A stretch of 49,565 bases of DNA from Xanthobacteraceae bacterium. GTDB taxonomy: Bacteria > Pseudomonadota > Alphaproteobacteria > Rhizobiales > Xanthobacteraceae. Position 1 is the first letter of the stretch. Every line of letters starts with the position of its first letter. The translations under genes and the position numbers were made by a program. The notes under the pieces are model-generated. The model had not been told where the DNA came from. It worked only from the letters and a program-made list of their open reading frames with translations, and did not search any database. This document shows positions 28,742 to 37,296 of this stretch, one piece after another. The DNA is taken from positions 1-49,565 of the forward strand of contig DATFWC010000303.1 of NCBI GenBank assembly GCA_035259885.1, written 5' to 3'.

Positions 28742-29806
28742 TCATTTCACCAGCCGCGCGAACAAGCGGTAGGCCGGCTGCGCCAGCAGCAGGATGACGA
28801 TGATGCGCACGAGCTGAAAGCCCGCCACCACGGTGCCGTCGAGCCCCAGGAGCTTTGCGGTCAGCACCATCTCGGCCATGCCGGCGGGCGCGAAAGCGAG
28901 CACCAGGGTGGGAACCGGCAGCGCCAGCGCCAGCCCGACGGCGGCAGCGATGAGTGCCATGACGGTGGCGCCGACGACCACGACCACGCTCGAAGCGATC
29001 ATGAGGGTGACGAGACGGGTCAGGAACTCGCGGCGGAACTGGACGCCGAGCGACGCGCCGATGAGGATCTGCGCCGGGATGAGGACAAGGGCGGGCATGC
29101 GCCCTTGCGCCAGGCCGATGAGCCCGAACACGACGCCGACCGCGATGGCGCCCATGAACCAGGCGTTGGGGAACATGAAGGACGCGAAGGCGGCGCCGCC
29201 CAGTGCCGCGGCGGCGAGCAGCGCGCAGGTGATGGGCCAGTCCATGGGAATGCCGGGCGCCACCGCCGTGGTGGCGCCGTGCGAGAACTGGATCACCAGG
29301 AACGGCGCAATGGCGACGATCAGACCGACCCGCAGCGTCTGCGCCAGCATGATCGGCTCGAGCTCGGCGCCGTAGCGTGGCGCGATGTTGACCATTTCGG
29401 CGACGCCGCCCGGCACGGTGGCGAAGAACGCCGTGGTCTTGTCGAGGGGCGACAGCCTCATGAGCAGCAGCGCGCCGCACGCGCCCACCACGACCGACAC
29501 CACGGCCACCGCGACCATCAGGTGCACGAGCGACAGGAGCGTGAGGATCACGGTGATGTTGAACTGCACGCCGATGCCGGCGCCGATCACCACCTGGCCG
29601 ATGGTGCGGCCGTAGCGTATCGGCTGAATCGGCGCGCCCAGGAGGCCGACCAGCGCGGTGGCGAACAATGAGCCCAGCAGCCACGGCAGCGGCAGCCCGC
29701 CGAGGCGCGCCAGCACGGCGCCGACCACCGCCGCCACCAGGGTGGCGGCGCCGGCCGCGATGCGTGGGAGAGCGGAAGCTGAAGCAACCAGGGCGTCGTC
29801 CTTCAT
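28742..29806 (-). CDS. AbrB-duplication membrane protein (COG3180, putative ammonia-monooxygenase-like/AbrB family)
   Basis: ORF track. 354-aa polytopic protein with an internally duplicated hydrophobic pattern. Family call from overall pattern. Confidence 0.7.
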   Translation of the reverse strand: MKDDALVASASALPRIAAGAATLVAAVVGAVLARLGGLPLPWLLGSLFATALVGLLGAPIQPIRYGRTIGQVVIGAGIGVQFNITVILTLLSLVHLMVAVAVVSVVVGACGALLLMRLSPLDKTTAFFATVPGGVAEMVNIAPRYGAELEPIMLAQTLRVGLIVAIAPFLVIQFSHGATTAVAPGIPMDWPITCALLAAAALGGAAFASFMFPNAWFMGAIAVGVVFGLIGLAQGRMPALVLIPAQILIGASLGVQFRREFLTRLVTLMIASSVVVVVGATVMALIAAAVGLALALPVPTLVLAFAPAGMAEMVLTAKLLGLDGTVVAGFQLVRIIVILLLAQPAYRLFARLVK

Positions 29807-29845
29807 GGCACCCCGAGTTGCGATGTTCGAGACCTCGACGCGTCT

Positions 29846-30295
29846 TTAAGCGGCGGCCGCCACGCGCACGTGGTCGGGCACCGGCATGGGCTTGTTGGCG
29901 CTGTTGAGGAACTCGATGGTCATGAAGACCATCTCCTTGTCGCCGAGATTCTCGAGGTCGTGTACCTTGAACTGGCCGGGCCCGTAGGTCTCGTGGCGCG
30001 TCTCGCCCGGCTGGTAGGTGTATTCCACCGTGGTGCCGTCATGCACGTGCTGGCGGCCGCGCCCGCCGGTGACCGAGGTCCAGAAATAGTCGAGCACGTG
30101 GCGGTGGAAGCCGATGCGCTCGCCGGGCGCCAGCCGGATCATCCATACCCGCACCCGGTTGCTCTCCGATACCAGGGTGGTGCCCACGCACGGATTGGGG
30201 TTTTTGGCCTCGCGCTCGAACTCCGCCTCGATCTCGGCCGGCCACGCACTCTTGTCCGAACGTTCCGCGGCTTTATCCACCATCGACAGGGCCAT
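29846..30295 (-). CDS. Cupin-domain protein
   Basis: ORF track. Cupin motif-1-like GERIGFHRHVLDYFWTSVTGG and motif-2-like GQFKVHDLEN. Confidence 0.65.
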   Translation of the reverse strand: MALSMVDKAAERSDKSAWPAEIEAEFEREAKNPNPCVGTTLVSESNRVRVWMIRLAPGERIGFHRHVLDYFWTSVTGGRGRQHVHDGTTVEYTYQPGETRHETYGPGQFKVHDLENLGDKEMVFMTIEFLNSANKPMPVPDHVRVAAAA

Positions 30296-30369
30296 ATCAT
30301 TCCTCCAGCAAAAGCAGGTCTCCTATATAGCGCGTTTTCTCCCCCTGAGAACCGGCAGGAACGAAACCC

Positions 30370-31593
30370 TTGAATGACGCCACGTCACGCCGCGCCCTGG
30401 TCGTCGGCGGCTCCATGAGCGGGCTCCTGGCGGCGCTGCTGCTGCGGCGCGCTGGCTGGGCGGTCGACGTGTACGAGCGGGTTGAGGGAGAACTGGCCGG
30501 CCGCGGCGCCGGCATCGTGGCCCAGCCCGAGCTGATCGAGACGCTGCGCTCGATCGGCATCGATCCGCCCGACCTCGGCGTCCACATCACGACGCGAAAA
30601 ATTTTCGATGCCTCGGGCCGGCTGACCGGCGAGATCGAATGCCCACAGGTGCTCACCGCCTGGGAGCGCGTCTATCGCTGCCTGCGCGACGCGTTTCCGG
30701 CGCAAAATTATCACCGTGGCCGGGGCCTGATGCGCCTGGAGCAGGCCAGCGATGCCGTCATGGCGCACCTCACCGACGGCAGCCGCGAGCACGGCGACCT
30801 GCTGGTGGGCGCCGACGGCATCCGCTCCACCGTGCGCCAGCAGCTCCTGCCCGACCTGGTGCCGCTCTATGCCGGCTACGTGGCATGGCGCGCGCTGATC
30901 CCCGAAAGCGCCTTCGCGCCGGAAACACATCGCGAGTTGTTCGAATACATGTCGTTCTGCCTGCCGCCGGGCGAGCAGTTTTTGGGCTACCCGGTGGCCG
31001 GACCCGACAACGATCTGCGGCCCAGCCATCGCCGCTACAACGTGGTCTGGTACCGCCCGGCTGACGAGCGCAGCAAGCTGCAGTGGCTGCTCACCGACGA
31101 GAGCGGCACGACGCATGCGATCTCGATTCCACCGCCGCTGATCCGTCGCGAGGCGATCGCCGAGATGCGCGCGGATGCCGAGCGCCTGATCGCGCCGCGC
31201 ATGCGCGAAATCGTGCGGCTGATCGAGGAGCCGATCCTGCAGCCGATCTACGATCTGGAAACGCCACGCATGGCGTTCGGCCGCGTCGCCATCATGGGCG
31301 ACGCCGCCTTCGTGGCGCGGCCGCACGTGGCGGCGGGCGTCGCCAAGGCGGCAGACGACGGCATGGCGCTGGTCAAGGCGCTCGCCATGCAGGACGACGT
31401 CACCACGGCGCTGCGCGCCTTCGAGGCGGCGCGGCTCGGCGTCGGCCAAAGAATCATCCAGCGGGCGCGCCACCTCGGCGCCTACCTGCAGGCGACACAG
31501 GAGACGGAAGAGGAACGCGCCCACTCGGCTCGCTACAGCATCCCGGACGCCGTGCTGGCCGAGACCGCGGTGCTGGATTTCTTGTATGGGTAA
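30370..31593 (+). CDS. FAD-dependent aromatic monooxygenase/hydroxylase (2,6-dihydroxypyridine hydroxylase-like group)
   Basis: ORF track with TTG start. Dinucleotide fold ALVVGGSMSGLLAALLLRRAG. GADGIRS. GDAAFVARPHVAAGVAKAADDG. Confidence 0.85.
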   Translation: MNDATSRRALVVGGSMSGLLAALLLRRAGWAVDVYERVEGELAGRGAGIVAQPELIETLRSIGIDPPDLGVHITTRKIFDASGRLTGEIECPQVLTAWERVYRCLRDAFPAQNYHRGRGLMRLEQASDAVMAHLTDGSREHGDLLVGADGIRSTVRQQLLPDLVPLYAGYVAWRALIPESAFAPETHRELFEYMSFCLPPGEQFLGYPVAGPDNDLRPSHRRYNVVWYRPADERSKLQWLLTDESGTTHAISIPPPLIRREAIAEMRADAERLIAPRMREIVRLIEEPILQPIYDLETPRMAFGRVAIMGDAAFVARPHVAAGVAKAADDGMALVKALAMQDDVTTALRAFEAARLGVGQRIIQRARHLGAYLQATQETEEERAHSARYSIPDAVLAETAVLDFLYG

Positions 31594-31598
31594 GCGCA

Positions 31599-31722
31599 TG
31601 TCCCGCACGCGGTGCAGCGCGAAGCGATGCACCGCAGATGCGGGACCCCGGTTTCTTTGTGATAACAACCGGGGTCCCGGGTCTGCAGCGCGCCACTGCG
31701 TGCTGCGCTGCGCCCGGGACAG
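31599..31722. repeat. REP-B palindromic element, copy 1
   Basis: GTCCCGCACGCGGTGCAGCGCGAAGCGATGCACCGCAGATGCGGGACCCCGGTT...AACCGGGGTCCCGGGTCTGCAGCGCG...GCGCCCGGGAC. Two tandem hairpins at a convergent junction. Confidence 0.85.
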
Positions 31723-31728
31723 GCAGCG

Positions 31729-32787
31729 TCACAAACCCAACAGCCGCTTCGCATTCCCGCCCGCGATCGCCGCCATGGCGGACGCATCCAGGCCCGCCGA
31801 TGCGAGATGGCCGATCGGGTCGTATTCCGCCATGTCGAACGGATAATCGGTGCCCATGATGACGTGGTCGGTACCGACGAGCTCGATCAGGGCCCTGAGC
31901 TGGTGCGGCGTGAACACCACCGTGTCGAAAAAAATCTTCTTGAGATACGTGGTGGGCGGCTTGGGCAGGCTGCCGTGCGAATCCGAGCGCGCGCCCCAGG
32001 CATGGTCGATGCGGCCGGAATAGGCGGCGAGGTAGCCGCCGCCATGCACAGCGAGAATTTTCAAGGCTGGATGACGCTCAAGCACGCCGTCGAAGATCAG
32101 GTAGTGCAGCGCCAGCGTGGTCTCGAATGGATTGCCGATGACGTTGTTGAAATAGAAGCGCGACAGGCGCTGCGCTTCCGTGAAGCCGTTGGGATGCAGC
32201 ACGACCAGAGCGCCCAGCTCCTCGGCTTTCTTCCAGAACGGCGCATAGGCAGGCTCGCTGATCTCGTGCCCGGCGACGTTGGTGAGAATTTCCACGCCCC
32301 TGAAGCCGATATTCATGCAATGCTCGAGCTCGTTGGCCGCCTCCTTGCCGTCCTGCAGCGGCACCGTGCCGAGTGCGACGAAACGATCCGGTTTCTTGGC
32401 AACGTATTCGGCGAGCCCGTGGTTCACCATGCGCGAAGCTTCGACCGCGATATCGAGCGGCACCGTGTAGTAGCACTGGTTGGGCGGCGGCATGACGAGC
32501 TGCAGGTCGAGGCCCATGGCCTCCATGTCCTTCAGGCGCGCGTCATAGGTGGTGATGCGCGAGCGGATGTCCTCCTCCTGCTTCTGGCTCAGCGCCTTGG
32601 TCTCGGCCGACGCGAAGTGCGCCAGCGGGATCGTCGACATGTCGAGGTGGGGCTTCACCAAGGCCGCCGCCTGCGGCACCGCCACGTGCGAGTGTATGTC
32701 GATCGTCGTGCTCTTGGGCCTGATCACGCGGCCGGGCTGCCCATGCTCGCGCGCGGCAGTCGGCTCGTACTTGTTCCATTGGGCCAT
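31729..32787 (-). CDS. Amidohydrolase-2 family enzyme (ACMSD/LigW-type decarboxylase or hydratase)
   Basis: ORF track. IDIHSH (HxH), HPNG, GTDYPFD. Confidence 0.9.
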   Translation of the reverse strand: MAQWNKYEPTAAREHGQPGRVIRPKSTTIDIHSHVAVPQAAALVKPHLDMSTIPLAHFASAETKALSQKQEEDIRSRITTYDARLKDMEAMGLDLQLVMPPPNQCYYTVPLDIAVEASRMVNHGLAEYVAKKPDRFVALGTVPLQDGKEAANELEHCMNIGFRGVEILTNVAGHEISEPAYAPFWKKAEELGALVVLHPNGFTEAQRLSRFYFNNVIGNPFETTLALHYLIFDGVLERHPALKILAVHGGGYLAAYSGRIDHAWGARSDSHGSLPKPPTTYLKKIFFDTVVFTPHQLRALIELVGTDHVIMGTDYPFDMAEYDPIGHLASAGLDASAMAAIAGGNAKRLLGL

Positions 32788-32801
32788 GACGTGTCTCGCT
32801 C

Positions 32802-33335
32802 TCAGGAGGTCCTGTTCTGGCGATACGGTTCGAGCGCACGCGCCAGGATTTCGCGCGCCGGCTCCGAGCCGTCGAGCGGACGCAGGGTGCGGCGCCTGAT
32901 CTTCCAGCCCTGCGGCGTGCGCACGAGCTCCCAGCGGTTGGCGCCGACGCGATGGATGCGAAAGCCCTTCGAGGCGCCGTGATTGGGCACCTCGACCGGC
33001 TCGCCCGTGGTCTGCGGCGTCAGGATCTGCAGGTAGGAGGTGACCACCGCGGTGTCGCCGTCGATGGCAATGTGCGGCAGGCCGGCGAAATGCGCCAGGC
33101 CGCCGCGGATCGCCGCCTGGTGGCCCGGCGTCTGCATGATCGCCGCAACCTCCTTGTTGCCGGTGGCGCCCATCAGGTGCTCGCCTCGGTCGAACACGCC
33201 GTCCTCGGCATAGACCTGCGCCGTGTAGTAGTCGGCGCCGGTGTCGGCGCTGGGCGGATGGCTGGCGATGAGATTGAGAATCTCCAGCCGGTCCTCGATG
33301 GCGCGCAGGCGCTGCTCGATATTGCCTTGGGTCAT
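32802..33335 (-). CDS. SnoaL-like/NTF2-fold protein
   Basis: ORF track. N-terminal ...LRAIEDRLEILNLIASH... typical of SnoaL_4-type proteins. Weak, pattern-based call. Confidence 0.6.
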   Translation of the reverse strand: MTQGNIEQRLRAIEDRLEILNLIASHPPSADTGADYYTAQVYAEDGVFDRGEHLMGATGNKEVAAIMQTPGHQAAIRGGLAHFAGLPHIAIDGDTAVVTSYLQILTPQTTGEPVEVPNHGASKGFRIHRVGANRWELVRTPQGWKIRRRTLRPLDGSEPAREILARALEPYRQNRTS

Positions 33336-33352
33336 GGCGACATTACTTCGGC

Positions 33353-33497
33353 TGTCATCCCGGACCGCGAGCGAAGCGAGCCGAGTCGGGATCCAAGTAC
33401 CCCCGCATCAGAAATCATGGTTGGCCTTTCTTCAACTGAAGCACCGGGAGTCTTGGATCCCGGCTCTCTCCCCTTCGCCGCTCGGCCGGGATGACCC
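33353..33497. repeat. REP-A element, copy 5 (canonical orientation)
   Basis: GCTGTCATCCCGGACC...CTCGGCCGGGATGACC. Confidence 0.85.
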
Positions 33498-33515
33498 CGG
33501 AGACGGTGCTCCCCA

Positions 33516-34241
33516 TCAGAACACGCCGAGGTGCTGGCGAAGGTCGACAGCGTCGCGCGTGAGCTCGGCGGCGGTCGACACGACGGCGACGCGGCCGCTG
33601 TTGAGGATGACGACATCGTCGGCGATGTCGAACACCAGCTTCGGGTTCTGCTCCACCAGCACGATCGAGAGCCCACTCTCCTTGAGCTTGCGGATGGTGG
33701 CCATGACCTCGGCGACGATCTGCGGCGCCAGGCCTTCCGACGGCTCGTCCATCAGCAGCACGCGCGGATTGGACATGAGCGCGCGGCCGATGGCGAGCAT
33801 CTGCTGTTCGCCCCCCGACAGGTAGGCGGCGAACTGGCTCCTGCGCTCGGCGAGGCGCGGGAACATGCTGAACACGGTGTCGATCGTCCATGGCGCATGA
33901 CGGGCGCCGGCATCGGGCTTGCGCGCCGCCACGACGAGGTTCTCGCGCACCGTGAGGCTCCTGAAGATGCGGCGGCCCTGCGGCACCAGAGCGACGCCAT
34001 GCGCCGCGATGAGTTCCGGGGGCAGCCCGCCGACCGAGGTGCCGAACACCACGACGTCGCCGCCGCGCGGCGGCAGCAGGCCGACCGTGACGTTCATGCA
34101 CGTCGTCTTGCCGGCGCCATTGCGCCCGAGCAGGCCGAGCAGACAACCTTCGCCGAGCGAGAACGACACCTTCTGCAGCACGTGGCTGTCGCCATAGAAG
34201 GCATCGACGTCGCGGAGCGTGAGCGCGCTAGTGCGGTGCAT
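33516..34241 (-). CDS. ABC transporter ATP-binding protein, LivF-like
   Basis: ORF track. Walker A GRNGAGKTT, signature LSGGEQQML, Walker B LLMDEPSEGL. Confidence 0.9.
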   Translation of the reverse strand: MHRTSALTLRDVDAFYGDSHVLQKVSFSLGEGCLLGLLGRNGAGKTTCMNVTVGLLPPRGGDVVVFGTSVGGLPPELIAAHGVALVPQGRRIFRSLTVRENLVVAARKPDAGARHAPWTIDTVFSMFPRLAERRSQFAAYLSGGEQQMLAIGRALMSNPRVLLMDEPSEGLAPQIVAEVMATIRKLKESGLSIVLVEQNPKLVFDIADDVVILNSGRVAVVSTAAELTRDAVDLRQHLGVF

Positions 34242-34394
34242 TTGAAGTTCCTAACAGGTTGCGGCAAGCTCGCATAGGAACTTCAAATGCATAAACCGCA
34301 CTAGCAATATTGATATTGCTGGTGTTCCTTTGATTGCGAAGTTCGCACGAGAGTTTGCCGCGAAGTCTTGCGAACTTCGCAATCGGAACACTAG
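34238..34394. repeat. AT-rich nested palindromic element filling the livG-like/livF-like junction
   Basis: Read directly. Perfect 16-bp stem 34238-34253/34275-34290 with a 21-nt loop. Central palindrome AGCAATAT-TG-ATATTGCT (34303-34320). Second perfect 16-bp stem 34332-34347/34369-34384 with a 21-nt loop. CTAGTG/CACTAG at the borders. About 46% G+C by hand count. Confidence 0.9.
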
Positions 34395-35128
34395 TGGCCA
34401 AGGTAGACCTCCCGGGTACGCGGGTCGGCCACGACCTCGGCGCGCGTGCCCTCAACGATCACCTCGCCGAAGTGCAGGAGCGTGATGCGCTCGGCAAAGT
34501 CGAGCGCCACGTCCATGTTGTGCTCGATCATCACGATGGTGACGTCGCGCGGGATTTTTTGCAGCAGCTCGCGCACGTCGCGCCGCTCGTCGATGGAGAG
34601 GCCGGCGAACGGCTCGTCGAGCAGCAGCACCTTCGGGGCCTGTGCCAGCGCCATGGCGATCTCCACCCGCCGCCGCTCGCCATAGGACGTCTCCGACAGC
34701 GGGCGGTGCACGATGTGATCGAGGCCCACGCGCACGAGCGCCTCGCGCGCCCGCGTCACGAGATCGTGCTGCCGGTCGAGATCGATGAACGGATCCCAGC
34801 GCAGCCGCGACAGGCCGAGCAGTGCCAGCGTGACGTTGCGCAGGATCGTGTCGTGCGGGAACAGCGTGATGATCTGGTACGTGCGGGCCATGCCGAGATG
34901 GGCGCGGCGGTGGCTGGGCAGGCGCGTGATGTCCTGGTCGAACAGGAGGACCGAGCCGGAATCGGGCGCGATCTCGCCGGTGATGAGATTGAACAGCGTG
35001 GTCTTGCCCGCGCCATTGGGGCCGATGATCAGCCGCCGCTCGCCCGGCGCAACGTTGAGGTTGACATTGGCGGTGACGCGCAGGCCGCCGAACGATTTCG
35101 ACAGGGCGTTGACGCAGAGCGCCGTCAT
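34391..35128 (-). CDS. ABC transporter ATP-binding protein, LivG-like
   Basis: C-terminal part of track ORF 34391..36055, trimmed to MTALCVNALSKSFGG... with ATGA overlap to the permease stop. Walker A GPNGAGKTT. Confidence 0.9.
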   Translation of the reverse strand: MTALCVNALSKSFGGLRVTANVNLNVAPGERRLIIGPNGAGKTTLFNLITGEIAPDSGSVLLFDQDITRLPSHRRAHLGMARTYQIITLFPHDTILRNVTLALLGLSRLRWDPFIDLDRQHDLVTRAREALVRVGLDHIVHRPLSETSYGERRRVEIAMALAQAPKVLLLDEPFAGLSIDERRDVRELLQKIPRDVTIVMIEHNMDVALDFAERITLLHFGEVIVEGTRAEVVADPRTREVYLGH

Positions 35129-36117
35129 GGGCTCGGCTCCTCGGCCGGGCGCGCCGCCACGCCGTTGCGCCGCGCGCGCAGCTTCTGCCAACCCCAGCGG
35201 CACAGGCGCACGCTGCCCGGCACCAGGCCCTCCGGCATGAAGCTGATGATGACGACGAACACGACGCCGAGCACCAGATTCCAGCGCTCGATATAAGCGC
35301 TGACCACGTTCTTCATGATCACCACGATGGTGGCGCCGGCGATCGGCCCGAGCAGGGTGGCGGTACCGCCCGAGATCACCATCAGCAGCACCTCGGCGGA
35401 CCCGGTCAGGGCGGCGACCTGCGGGCTGATGAACTGGTTGTAGTAGATGAACAGGAGCCCGGCGATGCCGGTCCAGAAGCCAGAGAACAGGAACGCCAGG
35501 AAGCGGATCAGCCACACGTTGTAGCCGAGCGCGGTCATGCGCCGCGCCTGGTCGCGCGTGCCACGCAGGCTGGCGCCGAACGGCGAGCGCACGAACACCG
35601 TCATGGTCAGGACGGCGAGCAGGAAGACGAGCAGCGTCGCGTAGTAGAACGTGTCGGCGCGCGACAGGCTCAGGCCGAACGGCGCCGGCCGCGTCGTGAC
35701 GTTGATGCCGTTGTCGCCGTTGGTCACGCTCGCCCAGCGGTAGGCAATGCCCCACACGATCTGGCCGAGCGCCAGCGTGATCATCAGGAAGCCGATGCCG
35801 GTCGAGCGCAGCGCCAGCACGGCGAACACGGCGGAAGCCGCCAGCGTGACCAGGATGGCAAAGAGGTCGGCGGCGAGATGGCCATGGCCGGCCTGCAGCA
35901 CCAGGGCGCCGGCATAGCCCGCAATGGCGAACAGGCCGGCATGGCCGAGCGAGACCAGCCCGCCGTAGCCGACCAGAACATTGAGCGCCAGGGCGAACAC
36001 GGCGAACAGCAGGATCTGGCTGGCGATGTTGATGTAGTAGTGATTGCCCACCCACACCGGCAGCGTCACGAGCAGCAGGATGGCGAGCGCGATCGCCCCG
36101 TGGCGCGGCGTGATCAT
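35125..36117 (-). CDS. Branched-chain-amino-acid-type ABC permease, LivM-like
   Basis: ORF track. Polytopic membrane protein that overlaps both neighbours by 4 nt. Confidence 0.9.
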   Translation of the reverse strand: MITPRHGAIALAILLLVTLPVWVGNHYYINIASQILLFAVFALALNVLVGYGGLVSLGHAGLFAIAGYAGALVLQAGHGHLAADLFAILVTLAASAVFAVLALRSTGIGFLMITLALGQIVWGIAYRWASVTNGDNGINVTTRPAPFGLSLSRADTFYYATLLVFLLAVLTMTVFVRSPFGASLRGTRDQARRMTALGYNVWLIRFLAFLFSGFWTGIAGLLFIYYNQFISPQVAALTGSAEVLLMVISGGTATLLGPIAGATIVVIMKNVVSAYIERWNLVLGVVFVVIISFMPEGLVPGSVRLCRWGWQKLRARRNGVAARPAEEPSP

Positions 36118-36974
36118 GCCACGACCCGGCCGAACAGGCCCTGCGGCCGCAGCACCAGCACCAGCAGCATCGGCAGGAACAGGATGACGTAGGCGAGATC
36201 AGGGAACATCGCCTGGCCGAAATTGTAGAGGAAGCCGATCAGAAAGCTTCCCACCAGCGCGCCGAGCAGGCTGCCTGTGCCGCCGAGGATGACGACAATC
36301 AGAGCGAGCGGCAGCATCTCGAAGTCGAGGCCGGGATAGACCGACAGATAGGGCGCGCCCATGACGCCGGCGAAGGCGGCGAGCGCTGCGCCGAGGCAGA
36401 ACACCAGGGTGAACAGCCGCGACACCTTGATGCCGACCACGCGCGCAATCGGCGGGTCATCGACGCCGGCACGGATCATGGCGCCCAGGCGCGTCCAGTC
36501 GACCATCAGCCACAGCGCGATGGCGACCACGACCGCGACGCCCACGATCACCAGACGGAACAGCGGAAAGAAGATGCCGAACGCCTGCACAGCGCCCGCC
36601 AGGTGGCGCGGCGTCGCCGGCTGCCATGGATCGCCGGTCCAGATCATCAGGCAGAGGTCGCCGATGATGAAGGCGAAGCCGAGCGTCAGCAGCACCTGCG
36701 GCAGCACCTGCCCTTCCAGGCGGCGCAGCAGCAGGCGCTCGATCACCCCGCCGATCACCGCCATGGCCAGCCCGCTGAGCAGCGCGGCAAGCCAGAAGTT
36801 CAGCCCCTTGTCGAGGAAGGTCACGCCGAAATAGGCGCCGAGCATGAAGAACGAACCATGCATCAGGTTGGGGATGCGCATCAGCCCGAAGATCAGGGAA
36901 AAGCCGGCGGACAGCAGGAACAGTAGGCCGCCGAGCGCAATGCTGTTCACCGCGAGAAGAACCCAAACGCTCAT
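36114..36974 (-). CDS. Branched-chain-amino-acid-type ABC permease, LivH-like
   Basis: ORF track. Polytopic membrane protein. Confidence 0.9.
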   Translation of the reverse strand: MSVWVLLAVNSIALGGLLFLLSAGFSLIFGLMRIPNLMHGSFFMLGAYFGVTFLDKGLNFWLAALLSGLAMAVIGGVIERLLLRRLEGQVLPQVLLTLGFAFIIGDLCLMIWTGDPWQPATPRHLAGAVQAFGIFFPLFRLVIVGVAVVVAIALWLMVDWTRLGAMIRAGVDDPPIARVVGIKVSRLFTLVFCLGAALAAFAGVMGAPYLSVYPGLDFEMLPLALIVVILGGTGSLLGALVGSFLIGFLYNFGQAMFPDLAYVILFLPMLLVLVLRPQGLFGRVVA

Positions 36975-37055
36975 GCTCGTCTCGACCGCTCGTGCTGGAC
37001 GTCGGTGGTGCCGCGCAACGGTTTTGATCTGGTCTCGAAGGACACCGCTATTGCT

Positions 37056-37242
37056 CCATCCCTCCCCTGCGGGGGGAGGTGGCCGAGCGCAGCGAGGCCG
37101 GGCGGCGGGTGAAATGAAAGGACAAATTCATCGCTTGCGCATCATCCAATCGAAACGGCTGTGGACGACATCTGCCTCGTCACCACCCGGCCGGCCTCCC
37201 GACCACCCTCCCCTGGCGCGCTTCGCGCGCCAGGGGAGGAGG
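37056..37242. repeat. RIME-like inverted pair of CCTCCCC...GGGGAGG hairpin modules
   Basis: Left module at 37056-37111 (CCTCCCCTGCGGGGGGAGG...). Right module at 37181-37242, including a perfect 15-bp stem CCTCCCCTGGCGCGC/GCGCGCCAGGGGAGG (37207-37239). The modules are mutually inverted. Confidence 0.75.
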
Positions 37243-37296
37243 CTGTTGGCTAGCCGAAATCAACCGGCAGCGCCACGTGGATGAATGGACTGAAAT

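Noticed and set aside
34244-34286. The hairpin arms GAAGTTCCTA...TAGGAACTTC resemble the arms of an FLP FRT site, raising the idea of an engineered recombination scar.
   Set aside because: Only ~10 nt of each arm match. The spacer is 21 nt instead of 8, and its sequence is unrelated. A diverged inverted second copy with different arms lies 80 nt away. No vector-like sequence flanks it. A native palindromic element is more parsimonious.
34228-34455. A 75-aa ORF (minus strand) spans the livG/livF palindromic element.
   Set aside because: It overlaps the 3' end of the livG-like gene in another frame. Its sequence simply mirrors the palindrome. It has no SD and AT-rich atypical codons.
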